In this document: positions 39,591 through 47,929 of the stretch, in pieces
How positions within the stretch are numbered: position 1 is the first letter of the stretch
Layout of the letters: each line of letters begins with the position of its first letter
Made by a program: the position numbers and the translations under genes
Notes under the pieces: model-generated
Database searches by the model: none
The model's input: the letters and a program-made list of their open reading frames with translations, nothing else
What the model was told of the DNA's origin: nothing
Assembly (NCBI GenBank): GCA_963667845.2
Contig: CAXXVL010000002.1
Location: 1,440,001 to 1,504,000, forward strand
DNA length: 64,000 nucleotides
Source: Smithellaceae bacterium
GTDB taxonomy: Bacteria > Desulfobacterota > Syntrophia > Syntrophales > Smithellaceae
Direction of reading: 5' to 3'

Positions 39591-40733
39591 ATGGATATCA
39601 TTCCCTACACCGGCGAACACCGCATTTTCCGGGAGTCCTTCCGGCGGTTCCTGGAAAAAGAAATCATTCCTCATGTGAATCAGTGGGAGGAAGACGGCAT
39701 CGTGCCGCGCTGGGCCTGGAAAAAGCTGGGCGATCAGGGTTTCTTGTCCACATCGGTGCCGCCCGAATACGGCGGGCAGGGAGCCGATTTTCTGTATTCG
39801 GCGATCCTGATTGAAGAGATGGCCAGGGCAAATTTTTACGGCCTCACCGCGCGCCTGCACGGCGATGTCGCTGCGCCTTACCTCGTGCAGCTGGCCACCG
39901 AAGAGCAAAAGAGAAAATATCTGCCCCGGTGCGTGAGCGGTGATATCATCATGGCGATCGCCATGAGTGAACCGGCGGCGGGCAGCGACCTGGCGGGTCT
40001 CAAAACCACGGCTGTGGAAGACGGGGATTCGTTCGTCCTCAACGGGCAGAAAACGTTCATCTCCAACGGCATCAACTGCGACCTGGTGATCGTGGCCGCC
40101 AAGGATCCCGCAGAGACGAATCCGCACACCGCCGTGGATCTGTTTCTGGTAGAGGCGGGGACGCGGGGCTTTGAAAAAGGAAAACGGCTCGACAAAATCG
40201 GCTGGCGCTCTCAGGACACGGCGGAGCTCTTTTTTGCCGACTGCCGGATCCCGAAAGAGAACCGCCTGGGGAAGAAAGGTTCGGGCTTCAGGAATCTGAT
40301 GACCAATCTCCAGCAGGAGCGCCTGATCTGCACGATCGGCGCGCAGACGGCGGCGGAATTCATGCTCGAGGAAACGATTCGCTATTGCAAAGAGCGCGAG
40401 GTCTTCGGAAAAAAGCTGAACCAGTTTCAAAATACGCAGTTTACGCTGGCGGAAATGGCAACGGAAGTCAAGATCGGCCGGACGTTTATGGATAAAATGA
40501 TCGTGGAACACTGGCAGAAAAACGCGGTAACCACGGAAGTCTCCATGGCAAAATTATGGATAACGGAAATGGCCTGGAGAGTTGCCGACCGCTGCCTGCA
40601 GCTTTTCGGCGGCTATGGCTACTGCGAGGAGTATCCCATTGCCCGGGCCTGGCGGGACATCCGGGTCACGCGGATCCTGGCCGGTTCCAATGAAATCATG
40701 AAGCAGATTATCGCCAGGGCGATCACGAAATAA
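39591..40733 (+). CDS. Acyl-CoA dehydrogenase
   Basis: AMSEPAAGSDL, NGQKTFISNG, DTAELFF, QERL, GGYGY. Confidence 0.95.
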   Translation: MDIIPYTGEHRIFRESFRRFLEKEIIPHVNQWEEDGIVPRWAWKKLGDQGFLSTSVPPEYGGQGADFLYSAILIEEMARANFYGLTARLHGDVAAPYLVQLATEEQKRKYLPRCVSGDIIMAIAMSEPAAGSDLAGLKTTAVEDGDSFVLNGQKTFISNGINCDLVIVAAKDPAETNPHTAVDLFLVEAGTRGFEKGKRLDKIGWRSQDTAELFFADCRIPKENRLGKKGSGFRNLMTNLQQERLICTIGAQTAAEFMLEETIRYCKEREVFGKKLNQFQNTQFTLAEMATEVKIGRTFMDKMIVEHWQKNAVTTEVSMAKLWITEMAWRVADRCLQLFGGYGYCEEYPIARAWRDIRVTRILAGSNEIMKQIIARAITK

Positions 40734-40756
40734 TACCGAAACCAAAAAGAGGACGT

Positions 40757-41986
40757 ATGAAACTTTTGCTGATTTATCCGAAATGGGAAAAACTGGATCG
40801 TCAGACGCGTTTTACCCTGCCGCCCCACGGGCCGGTCGTCATGGCCGCAGCGCTGCCGGCGGATGTGGAGGTGCAGTTCATTGATGAGAATGTCGAGCCC
40901 ATTGACTTTGATGCCGCCGTCGATCTTGTCGGCGTCTCGATGATGCTGACCGCGCAGGCCAAACGGGGCTGGGAAATCTCCGACGCGTTTCGCGCCCGTG
41001 GTGTCAAGGTGATCATGGGCGGCATATCGACCATGCTGCACGCCGAGGAATCCCAACTGCATGCGGATGCGGTTTTCCTGGGTGAAGCCGAGGGGCGCAT
41101 GGAGCAGGTTTTTGCCGATTTCAAGGCCGGCACGCTGCAAAAGGTCTATGACTACATGGAAGATCAGCCGCCGATTGAAAGCGTGGGCACGGCAAGGCGC
41201 AGCATCCTGAACCGGGACATGTATAATTACCGCGGCGTCCAGATGGTCGATCTGGTGCACGCCTCGCGCGGATGCCGCTTCAATTGTTATCCGTGCGCCG
41301 TCAGATTTCTGGGAGGCCGCAAATTCCGTCCCCGTCCCTACGATAAGGTGGTCGAAGAAATGGCGTCCATCGACAACAACCGCCTGTTCATCGTGGACAA
41401 CTCGCTGGCGCAGGACAAGGACTGGGAGATCGGGCTGTTCAAGGAGATGATCCCGCTCAAAAAGAAATGGTGCAGCCATCCCATTGAAGAAGACGACCAG
41501 GTGCTGGATCTGGCGGCGCAGGCCGGCGCGTGGTTCATCTATCAGGCGATATTTGATTCTTCGGATCACATCCGCGACCGCATCAAACGCTATCACGATT
41601 ACGGCATCGGCGTGGAGGGCAGCATCCTGCTGGGTCTGGATTATCATACCGAGGACTATATCAAGCGTCTGGTGGACTTCCTCCTCGAGATCGAACTGGA
41701 TATGGCGGAATTCACGGTGCTCACGCCTTTTCCCCATACGCGGACCTACGACGACATGCAAAACGCCAACCGCATCATCTCCCGTGACTGGAACGATTAC
41801 ACCTGCGGCAAGGTGGTTATTCAGCCCAAGCTGATGTCGCCCGAAAAGCTTCAGGAGATGTATTATTACTGCTGGGACAAATTCTACGAGGACGAGCCCG
41901 CGAACTACAAGATGTTCAAGTTGCTCAAGCGCGTGATGGATAAGGAAAAAGCGGACGGAACGTTCAAGGCCCGCAGACGCGGATAG
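40757..41986 (+). CDS. Cobalamin-binding radical SAM enzyme 1
   Basis: N-terminal B12-binding domain (DENVE, GG..T); SRGCRFNCYPC; TPFP.T. Confidence 0.9.
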   Translation: MKLLLIYPKWEKLDRQTRFTLPPHGPVVMAAALPADVEVQFIDENVEPIDFDAAVDLVGVSMMLTAQAKRGWEISDAFRARGVKVIMGGISTMLHAEESQLHADAVFLGEAEGRMEQVFADFKAGTLQKVYDYMEDQPPIESVGTARRSILNRDMYNYRGVQMVDLVHASRGCRFNCYPCAVRFLGGRKFRPRPYDKVVEEMASIDNNRLFIVDNSLAQDKDWEIGLFKEMIPLKKKWCSHPIEEDDQVLDLAAQAGAWFIYQAIFDSSDHIRDRIKRYHDYGIGVEGSILLGLDYHTEDYIKRLVDFLLEIELDMAEFTVLTPFPHTRTYDDMQNANRIISRDWNDYTCGKVVIQPKLMSPEKLQEMYYYCWDKFYEDEPANYKMFKLLKRVMDKEKADGTFKARRRG

Positions 41987-42019
41987 AACGTCGCACCGCG
42001 AAAGGAGCTCAAAGGACCG

Positions 42020-43570
42020 ATGAAGACGAGTGACAGGAAGGCTGCCGTGGTGATTGACGGCAGCTATGTCAGTTTAGAGGCTATTCTGGCCGTCGCGAAA
42101 GACGGCCTGCCGGTATCCGTAAACCAGTCCAAGGCGTTTGCGAAGCGGATGGGCCGGACCCAGAAGGCGCTTATGGACGCCCTGCAGAACGGCGTCGCCG
42201 TTTACGGCGTCAACACGGGTTACGGCAAATCGTGCGGCAACCGGATCAGCATGAAAACGGCCTTGAAGAACGGCGTCAATATCTTCCGGTTCCACGGCTG
42301 CGGCACCGGGGACCCGATCGGTATCGAAGAAACAAGGGCCGCCATGCTGGCCCGGATTATTTGTCTGGCGCGCGGTTACTCCGGCGTCTCGATCGGACTC
42401 CTCAAGCAAATGGCGGATTTTTTAAATGCCGGAATCACCCCCGTGGTGCCCGCGGAGGGTTCCGTCGGCGCCTCCGGCGATCTCACGCCCATGTCCTATA
42501 TCGGTGCGGCGCTTGCCGGTGAGCGCGATGTCTTTTATGAAGGGGACATCATGCCGGCGGCAAAGGCGATGAAGAAAGCCGGCATCAAACCCTACCACTA
42601 TCTGCCGAAAGAGCCGCTCTCGATGGTAAACGGCACGACGACCATGACGGGGATTGCGGCGCTCAATGCGGAGCGCGCGGATCGACTTCTGGATGCGGCG
42701 ATTTATGCAACCGCGCTCTCCGTTCACGCGATGAAAGGCAACGCCCATCACTACCACCCGGTTATCTCGGAAGCCAAGCCGTTTCCGGGGCAGGCCGATG
42801 TGGCGAAGAAAATATCTCAACTGCTCACCGCCCGGATATCCGCTCGCCAGCTCGAAGACGACGCGCTTGAAACCCTGCAGGATCCTTACTCGCTCAGGTG
42901 CGCTCCGCAGGTGCTGGGCGTGCTTTCCGATGCGCTTTCCTGGATTAAGAAATGGGTGGAAATCGAAGCCAATTCATCAAATGACAATCCGATATTCGAT
43001 CCCGCCACGGGACAGGTGCTGATGGGCGGGAATTTTTACGGCGGCCACATCGCCTTCGCCATGGACGGACTGAAAGCGGCGCTGGCCTCGGCTGCGGATA
43101 TGTGTGATCGGCAGATGATGCTGCTCGTCAATCCCAATCTCAATCGCGGACTGCCGGGCGACCTGGTGCGGTCAAACGGTGGCGACGGGCTGCATCACGG
43201 CTTCAAAGCGATGTCGATTTCGTCTTCGGCGCTCGCTGCCGAAGCACTCAAGGCGACGATGCCGGCCGCTTCTTTCTCGCGGTCGACGGAGTCCCATAAC
43301 CAGGATAAAGTCAGCATGGGTACAATTGCGGCCCGGGATTGCGAGAGGGTCTGCACGCTCACGGAGCGGGTGGTGGCCATCCACCTGCTGGCGGCGGCCC
43401 AGGCGTGCGATATCCGGCAGAACATCCGGGTGCGGCCCCTTCTGGCCAAGGTCCTGCAGAATATCCGGCAGGTCAGTGACCCCGTGGTTTCCGACCGGCC
43501 GCTCGACGAGGATATCGAAAGAATGTGTGTGGTGATTCGCTACACCGATTTTTTCAGAGGGAAAACATGA
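42020..43570 (+). CDS. MIO-dependent aromatic amino acid ammonia-lyase (HAL/PAL/TAL family)
   Basis: YGVNTGYG, GSVGASGDL, QDPYSLRCAPQ, DNP, GGNFYG, HNQDKVSMG. Confidence 0.95.
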   Translation: MKTSDRKAAVVIDGSYVSLEAILAVAKDGLPVSVNQSKAFAKRMGRTQKALMDALQNGVAVYGVNTGYGKSCGNRISMKTALKNGVNIFRFHGCGTGDPIGIEETRAAMLARIICLARGYSGVSIGLLKQMADFLNAGITPVVPAEGSVGASGDLTPMSYIGAALAGERDVFYEGDIMPAAKAMKKAGIKPYHYLPKEPLSMVNGTTTMTGIAALNAERADRLLDAAIYATALSVHAMKGNAHHYHPVISEAKPFPGQADVAKKISQLLTARISARQLEDDALETLQDPYSLRCAPQVLGVLSDALSWIKKWVEIEANSSNDNPIFDPATGQVLMGGNFYGGHIAFAMDGLKAALASAADMCDRQMMLLVNPNLNRGLPGDLVRSNGGDGLHHGFKAMSISSSALAAEALKATMPAASFSRSTESHNQDKVSMGTIAARDCERVCTLTERVVAIHLLAAAQACDIRQNIRVRPLLAKVLQNIRQVSDPVVSDRPLDEDIERMCVVIRYTDFFRGKT

Positions 43571-43983
43571 GCCCCGAAAAGAAGAGCTTCGAAGTGGAAA
43601 TCAGCGTGCCTTTTTTTGATCTCGATCCCATGCAGATCGTCTGGCACGGCAATTATCTCAATTACTTTGAACTGGCGCGCGCAGGGCTTTTTGAACACTA
43701 CGGCGTTGATCTCTACTCGTATTATAATCGGGAAAGAATCATTTTCCCCATTATCCGGACATCGACCAAGCATATTTTACCGCTGAAACACCGCGACCGC
43801 GTCATCTGTAAGGCCACTCTGGTCGACGTCAATATTAAGCTGGTGGTGGATTTTGAAATTCGCAAGGCTGCGGACGGCAGCGTGTGCACACGGGGCCGCA
43901 CGGAACAGGTAGCGGTGAAAACGCCGGAAATGGAGACGCTGTTTTCCATTCCGCAGGACATCCGTCGATTACTGGGATACTAA
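43567..43983 (+). CDS. Acyl-CoA/ACP thioesterase (4HBT/ApeK-like)
   Basis: VPFFDLDPMQIVWHGNYLNYFE; ATGA overlap with the lyase stop. Confidence 0.9.
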   Translation: MSPEKKSFEVEISVPFFDLDPMQIVWHGNYLNYFELARAGLFEHYGVDLYSYYNRERIIFPIIRTSTKHILPLKHRDRVICKATLVDVNIKLVVDFEIRKAADGSVCTRGRTEQVAVKTPEMETLFSIPQDIRRLLGY

Positions 43984-45689
43984 TGGAAGAGAACGTAAAG
44001 AAAGCATTCGTAGCCGGCGTGGAGCGGGTAGCGGCCTGGGCGGACCTGCTTGATGCCATTAACGTGTATCCTGTGGCCGACGGCGATACGGGGCGTAATC
44101 TGTCCATCAGCCTTTTCCCCCTGAGGCAGGCCGGCGAAAAGAAAGATCCCCTGGTTCGTCAACTGCTGATGGCGGCACGCGGCAATTCCGGCAATATCGC
44201 CTCCCAGTTCTTTTCGGCCTTTTACACGCTTACGTCCACGCGTCGCCTGAAAGAGGCCGTACAGGAAGGCAATGCCCGGGCATGGAAGGCCGTCAGCCAG
44301 CCCAAGCTGGGAACGATGCTCTCCGTATTTGATGCACTTGAAGAGATTCTCGGCGATGAGGATTTTATTCCGGATCAAAACAACGTGGATGAAATCATGT
44401 CGCACCTGGAGCAGGCTGTCCACGAGACGCATGACACATTGCCGAAATTAAAGGAAGCCGGCGTTGTGGATGCCGGCGCCCTGGGGATGTATATTTTCTT
44501 TGAGGGGTTCTTTTACACGCTGGCCGGGCTGGCCGATGTTTACCGTCCGGTGACGGATGTCTTTAGAGATCGTTTGAAAATTTCCTCTGCGTTTCACGAA
44601 ACGGCGGAGTCCGGTTATTGTGTCGACTTCGTGGTGAAGGCCGATGGCTCTTCTGCGGATCTGATGAAGATCGCCGGGGGCGAGGAGAGCGCGATCGTCA
44701 TTCAGGAGGGTGATTTCTACAAGATCCACCTGCACACGGATGATAGAGAAAAGATCAAATCGCAGATGAGCGCCCTGGGCTCCGTGCTGAATTGGGAAGA
44801 TGATAATCTGACAACCCAGATCGCGCAATTTTCGAATGCCCCGGCGAGTTCCGGATTGCACATCATGACGGATGCCGCCGGATCACTCACACGCGACGAC
44901 GCGAAGAGATACGGCTTCACGCTTTTGAACAGTTACATTAATGTCGGTGATAAGTCGCTGCCCGAAACGTATTTACATCCCGACGAACTATACAGCGCCA
45001 TGCGTGCGGGCATCAAGGTCTCCACGTCGCAAGCCTCCGTCTTCGAGCGGCATGAATATTATTCGAGCGTGCTAGCCCGGTTTGAAAAAGTTCTGTATTT
45101 GTGCGTCGGCTCCGTCTTCACAGGTAATTATTCCGTCGCGCTGGATTGGAAGAAAGAGCATGATCCGGAAAACAGGCTCTCTGTGATTGACACGGGGGCG
45201 GCTTCCGGCAGGCTGGGAACGATTGTCCTGGCGGCGCAGCAGTACCTGATACACACAAAGGATATGGGAAAAACAGTTGCCTTCGCTAAAAGAGCGGTGA
45301 AAACGTGCGAAGAATATGTTTTTCTCGAAAAGCTGCAGTACCTCGCAGCGGGCGGCAGGCTTTCCAAAGGGAGCGCTTTTTTCGGCGATATGCTGAAGAT
45401 GAAGCCGGTTATTTCACCGCAGCCGGAAGGCGTCAGGAAAGTGGCCGTTGTCAGGAATCGGAAGGATCAGATCAGCCTGGCGCAAACGAAGCTGGCCGCG
45501 TCCCTTTCCCCGGAAAGTCGCGCGCTCATCATGCTCGAGTATTCGGATAACGCCGGGCAGGTCTCCGAATTTCGTGGCAATATACAAAAGCTTTATCCGA
45601 AGGCGGTCATCATTTTGCAGCCGCTGTCTCTCACATCCGGCGTGCACATGGGGCCGGGGACGTGGGGAGTGGCTTTTCTGAAAATATAA
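43983..45689 (+). CDS. DAK2-DegV fusion (fatty acid kinase FakA/FakB-like)
   Basis: INVYPVADGDTG.N, ARGNSG, GTMLSV, VVDAGA, KIHLHT; C-terminal DegV-like TD, STSQ, YLAAGGR, HMGPG. Confidence 0.87.
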   Translation: MEENVKKAFVAGVERVAAWADLLDAINVYPVADGDTGRNLSISLFPLRQAGEKKDPLVRQLLMAARGNSGNIASQFFSAFYTLTSTRRLKEAVQEGNARAWKAVSQPKLGTMLSVFDALEEILGDEDFIPDQNNVDEIMSHLEQAVHETHDTLPKLKEAGVVDAGALGMYIFFEGFFYTLAGLADVYRPVTDVFRDRLKISSAFHETAESGYCVDFVVKADGSSADLMKIAGGEESAIVIQEGDFYKIHLHTDDREKIKSQMSALGSVLNWEDDNLTTQIAQFSNAPASSGLHIMTDAAGSLTRDDAKRYGFTLLNSYINVGDKSLPETYLHPDELYSAMRAGIKVSTSQASVFERHEYYSSVLARFEKVLYLCVGSVFTGNYSVALDWKKEHDPENRLSVIDTGAASGRLGTIVLAAQQYLIHTKDMGKTVAFAKRAVKTCEEYVFLEKLQYLAAGGRLSKGSAFFGDMLKMKPVISPQPEGVRKVAVVRNRKDQISLAQTKLAASLSPESRALIMLEYSDNAGQVSEFRGNIQKLYPKAVIILQPLSLTSGVHMGPGTWGVAFLKI

Positions 45690-45697
45690 AAGGAAAA

Positions 45698-46468
45698 TTG
45701 ACTTTGACGATAAACGACGAAAAGCAAGCACCGACTGACGAACGGCGGGCGGCAAGAAATCCGAACATCCGCTTTGCCTTTATCATTCCGGTTTACAATC
45801 ATGCGGCGACGGTTGCTCAAGTGGTCCGGCAGGCTCAGGAGCTGGGCTATCCTGTATTTGTCGTGGATGACGGATCAACGGATGAAACAGCAAAACGTCT
45901 GGCCCAGATCAGAGGCATTACACTTTTGCAGCATTCAAAGAATGAAGGCAAAGGCGCGGCGATTATGACGGGTTTTATGGCGGCATCGCACGTGGCCGAT
46001 TTCGCCATAACGCTGGATGCGGACGGGCAGCACTATCCTGAAGACGCACTGGTCTTGATTGACGCCATCCCGGCCAAGAAGCGGCCCCTGGTCATAGGGG
46101 CGCGCGAGGGGATGACGGCAAGTTTGGGCGCTCACATTCCCTGGACCAGCCGCTTCGGACGGAAGTTTTCCAACTTCTGGGTTCGCCTGTCCGGCGGGCC
46201 GAAGCTTTCGGATTCCCAAAGCGGTATGAGAATTTATCCGCTGCCGGAGGCGTTAGGCCTCGACACACGGGCAAGGCGTTTTCAATTCGAAGTGGAAATA
46301 CTGGTGCATGCCAGGAGAAGGGGCATCCCGATTATTGAAGCCCCGATTCGCGTGATGTACCATCTGGACGGATCGAGAATATCCCACTTCCGGCCGTTTG
46401 TTGATTTCCTGCGCAACACCAAAACATTTACCCGTTTGATCTTTACCCGGATATTCAGCCGGCATTAA
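45698..46468 (+). CDS. Glycosyltransferase family 2
   Basis: IIPVYNH, VDDGSTD, GKGAA, DADGQH, DSQSG.R, SHFRP; start uncertain. Confidence 0.9.
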   Translation: MTLTINDEKQAPTDERRAARNPNIRFAFIIPVYNHAATVAQVVRQAQELGYPVFVVDDGSTDETAKRLAQIRGITLLQHSKNEGKGAAIMTGFMAASHVADFAITLDADGQHYPEDALVLIDAIPAKKRPLVIGAREGMTASLGAHIPWTSRFGRKFSNFWVRLSGGPKLSDSQSGMRIYPLPEALGLDTRARRFQFEVEILVHARRRGIPIIEAPIRVMYHLDGSRISHFRPFVDFLRNTKTFTRLIFTRIFSRH

Positions 46469-46542
46469 TGCATAGTTCCGGCTTGTGTTTGCGGAGCGTC
46501 GTGTGGTATTCAATCTGCGAAGATGAAGCCGGATTGACGCCA

Positions 46543-46643
46543 ATCAAACACGCCGCAGCAAGCTGTCGAGGTATGAAATGAACGTCATTATATCACAGCA
46601 AGCTGCGGAGAATTAACGCTCGTCCCGCGTGAACGGGATTAAA
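46543..46643 (+). mobile_element. ~100-bp dispersed hairpin element, copy 3
   Basis: Reverse complement of copies 1 and 2. Confidence 0.65.
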
Positions 46644-46663
46644 CGGGCAGAGGAGATAACGCA

Positions 46664-47413
46664 TTGCCGTTTGCCGAAGTTTCGAGACAGGATCTGTTTA
46701 AAGCCTGCGAGTCGCTTTTTGGAACGGATATCGATGTATCAGTCGAGTTTTTGCGCTATTTAAAGCCCTCCGGCGTCAAAGCCGCCTATCGGAAAAAAGC
46801 TATGGAAACGCACCCCGACCGCGCGGCGGCGACGGCCGGCCAGGCCGATTTCATGGCCGATCAATTCAAAGAGATCAGTCAGGCCTACCAGTTATTGCAG
46901 GAGTTCCTGGCCTGTCCCTGGAAATATTCTCTTGCCGAAAACGGCAGGCTCTATGAGCGCAGAGAGCCGCCCCCGCGTCCCGCCGCCCGCAGAAAGTCGT
47001 CCCCCGGGACCAGGGAACCGCTATACGCAGGCCGGATGCCGCAGCGGAGACTCCTCTTCGGTCAGTACCTTTACTATTCAGGTCAAATATCACTGTCCAC
47101 GCTCATCAAGGCGATTGTCTGGCAGCGGCTGCAGCGGCCGTCCGTCGGGGCTATCGCAATGAGTTGGGGCTGGCTCGTGGGCTCCGACGTTCTGGATATC
47201 CTGCGGTCACGAAAGTACGGGGAAAAATTCGGTGAGTGTGCAATACGTCTGGGTCGACTCTCGAAGCACCAAATGGCGCAGATCCTGGAAAAACAAAGAC
47301 TGGCTCAGCCGCAAATCGGGAAATATTTCATGGAGCAGAATGTCATCTCATCCGCAGAAATTTTCAAACGCATTGTTGATATGAAAATGCACAACAGGAA
47401 ATTCTGGTCATAA
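46664..47413 (+). CDS. J-domain (DnaJ-like) protein
   Basis: KAAYRKKAMETHPD, FKEISQAYQLL; C-terminal FGQYL/FGE/IGKYF segments; TTG after AGGAG. Confidence 0.85.
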   Translation: MPFAEVSRQDLFKACESLFGTDIDVSVEFLRYLKPSGVKAAYRKKAMETHPDRAAATAGQADFMADQFKEISQAYQLLQEFLACPWKYSLAENGRLYERREPPPRPAARRKSSPGTREPLYAGRMPQRRLLFGQYLYYSGQISLSTLIKAIVWQRLQRPSVGAIAMSWGWLVGSDVLDILRSRKYGEKFGECAIRLGRLSKHQMAQILEKQRLAQPQIGKYFMEQNVISSAEIFKRIVDMKMHNRKFWS

Positions 47414-47801
47414 TGCAAGAGGCCGTCCGCTGTAAGTTGTCAGGTTATTTTGTGGGGCGCGGTGAGCCCTTTTTGCACATTTCTTTACATGATGCGCAAA
47501 GCACTTCGTATATATTTCATCAATGCGGCTGGAATCGCCGGAAATTTGTTTCGGCCTCAGGTTGGGGAATATTTGGCAGCCGCTGTAATTTTTTCTTTAC
47601 TGGATTCCGTCATCCTTAAGTTATCTGCAAACGCCCCGGGAACTCTTTAATAGAAGAACCGACATTCGGCGAAAGAATCTGCAGAAGGAAAATATCAAAA
47701 CCACCCGGCAGTCAATTCCTGATTATTTTTGCTAAAATAAACGGCCCGCACCTTCCGGTTTTTCCCTTGCCTGCACAGGGGAAATATGGTTAAAAAAATA
47801 A

Positions 47802-47900
47802 ATCAACCACTCGCAGCAAGCTGTCGAGGTATGAAATGAACGTCATTATTTCGCAGCAAGCGACAAGGAATTAACGCTCGTCCCGCGTGAGCGGGATCAA
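47802..47900 (+). mobile_element. ~100-bp dispersed hairpin element, copy 4
   Basis: Same family; about 30 bp upstream of the MMPL ATG. Confidence 0.65.
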
Positions 47901-47929
47901 CAAATAACCCTGCTCTACTGAAGGTTTGC

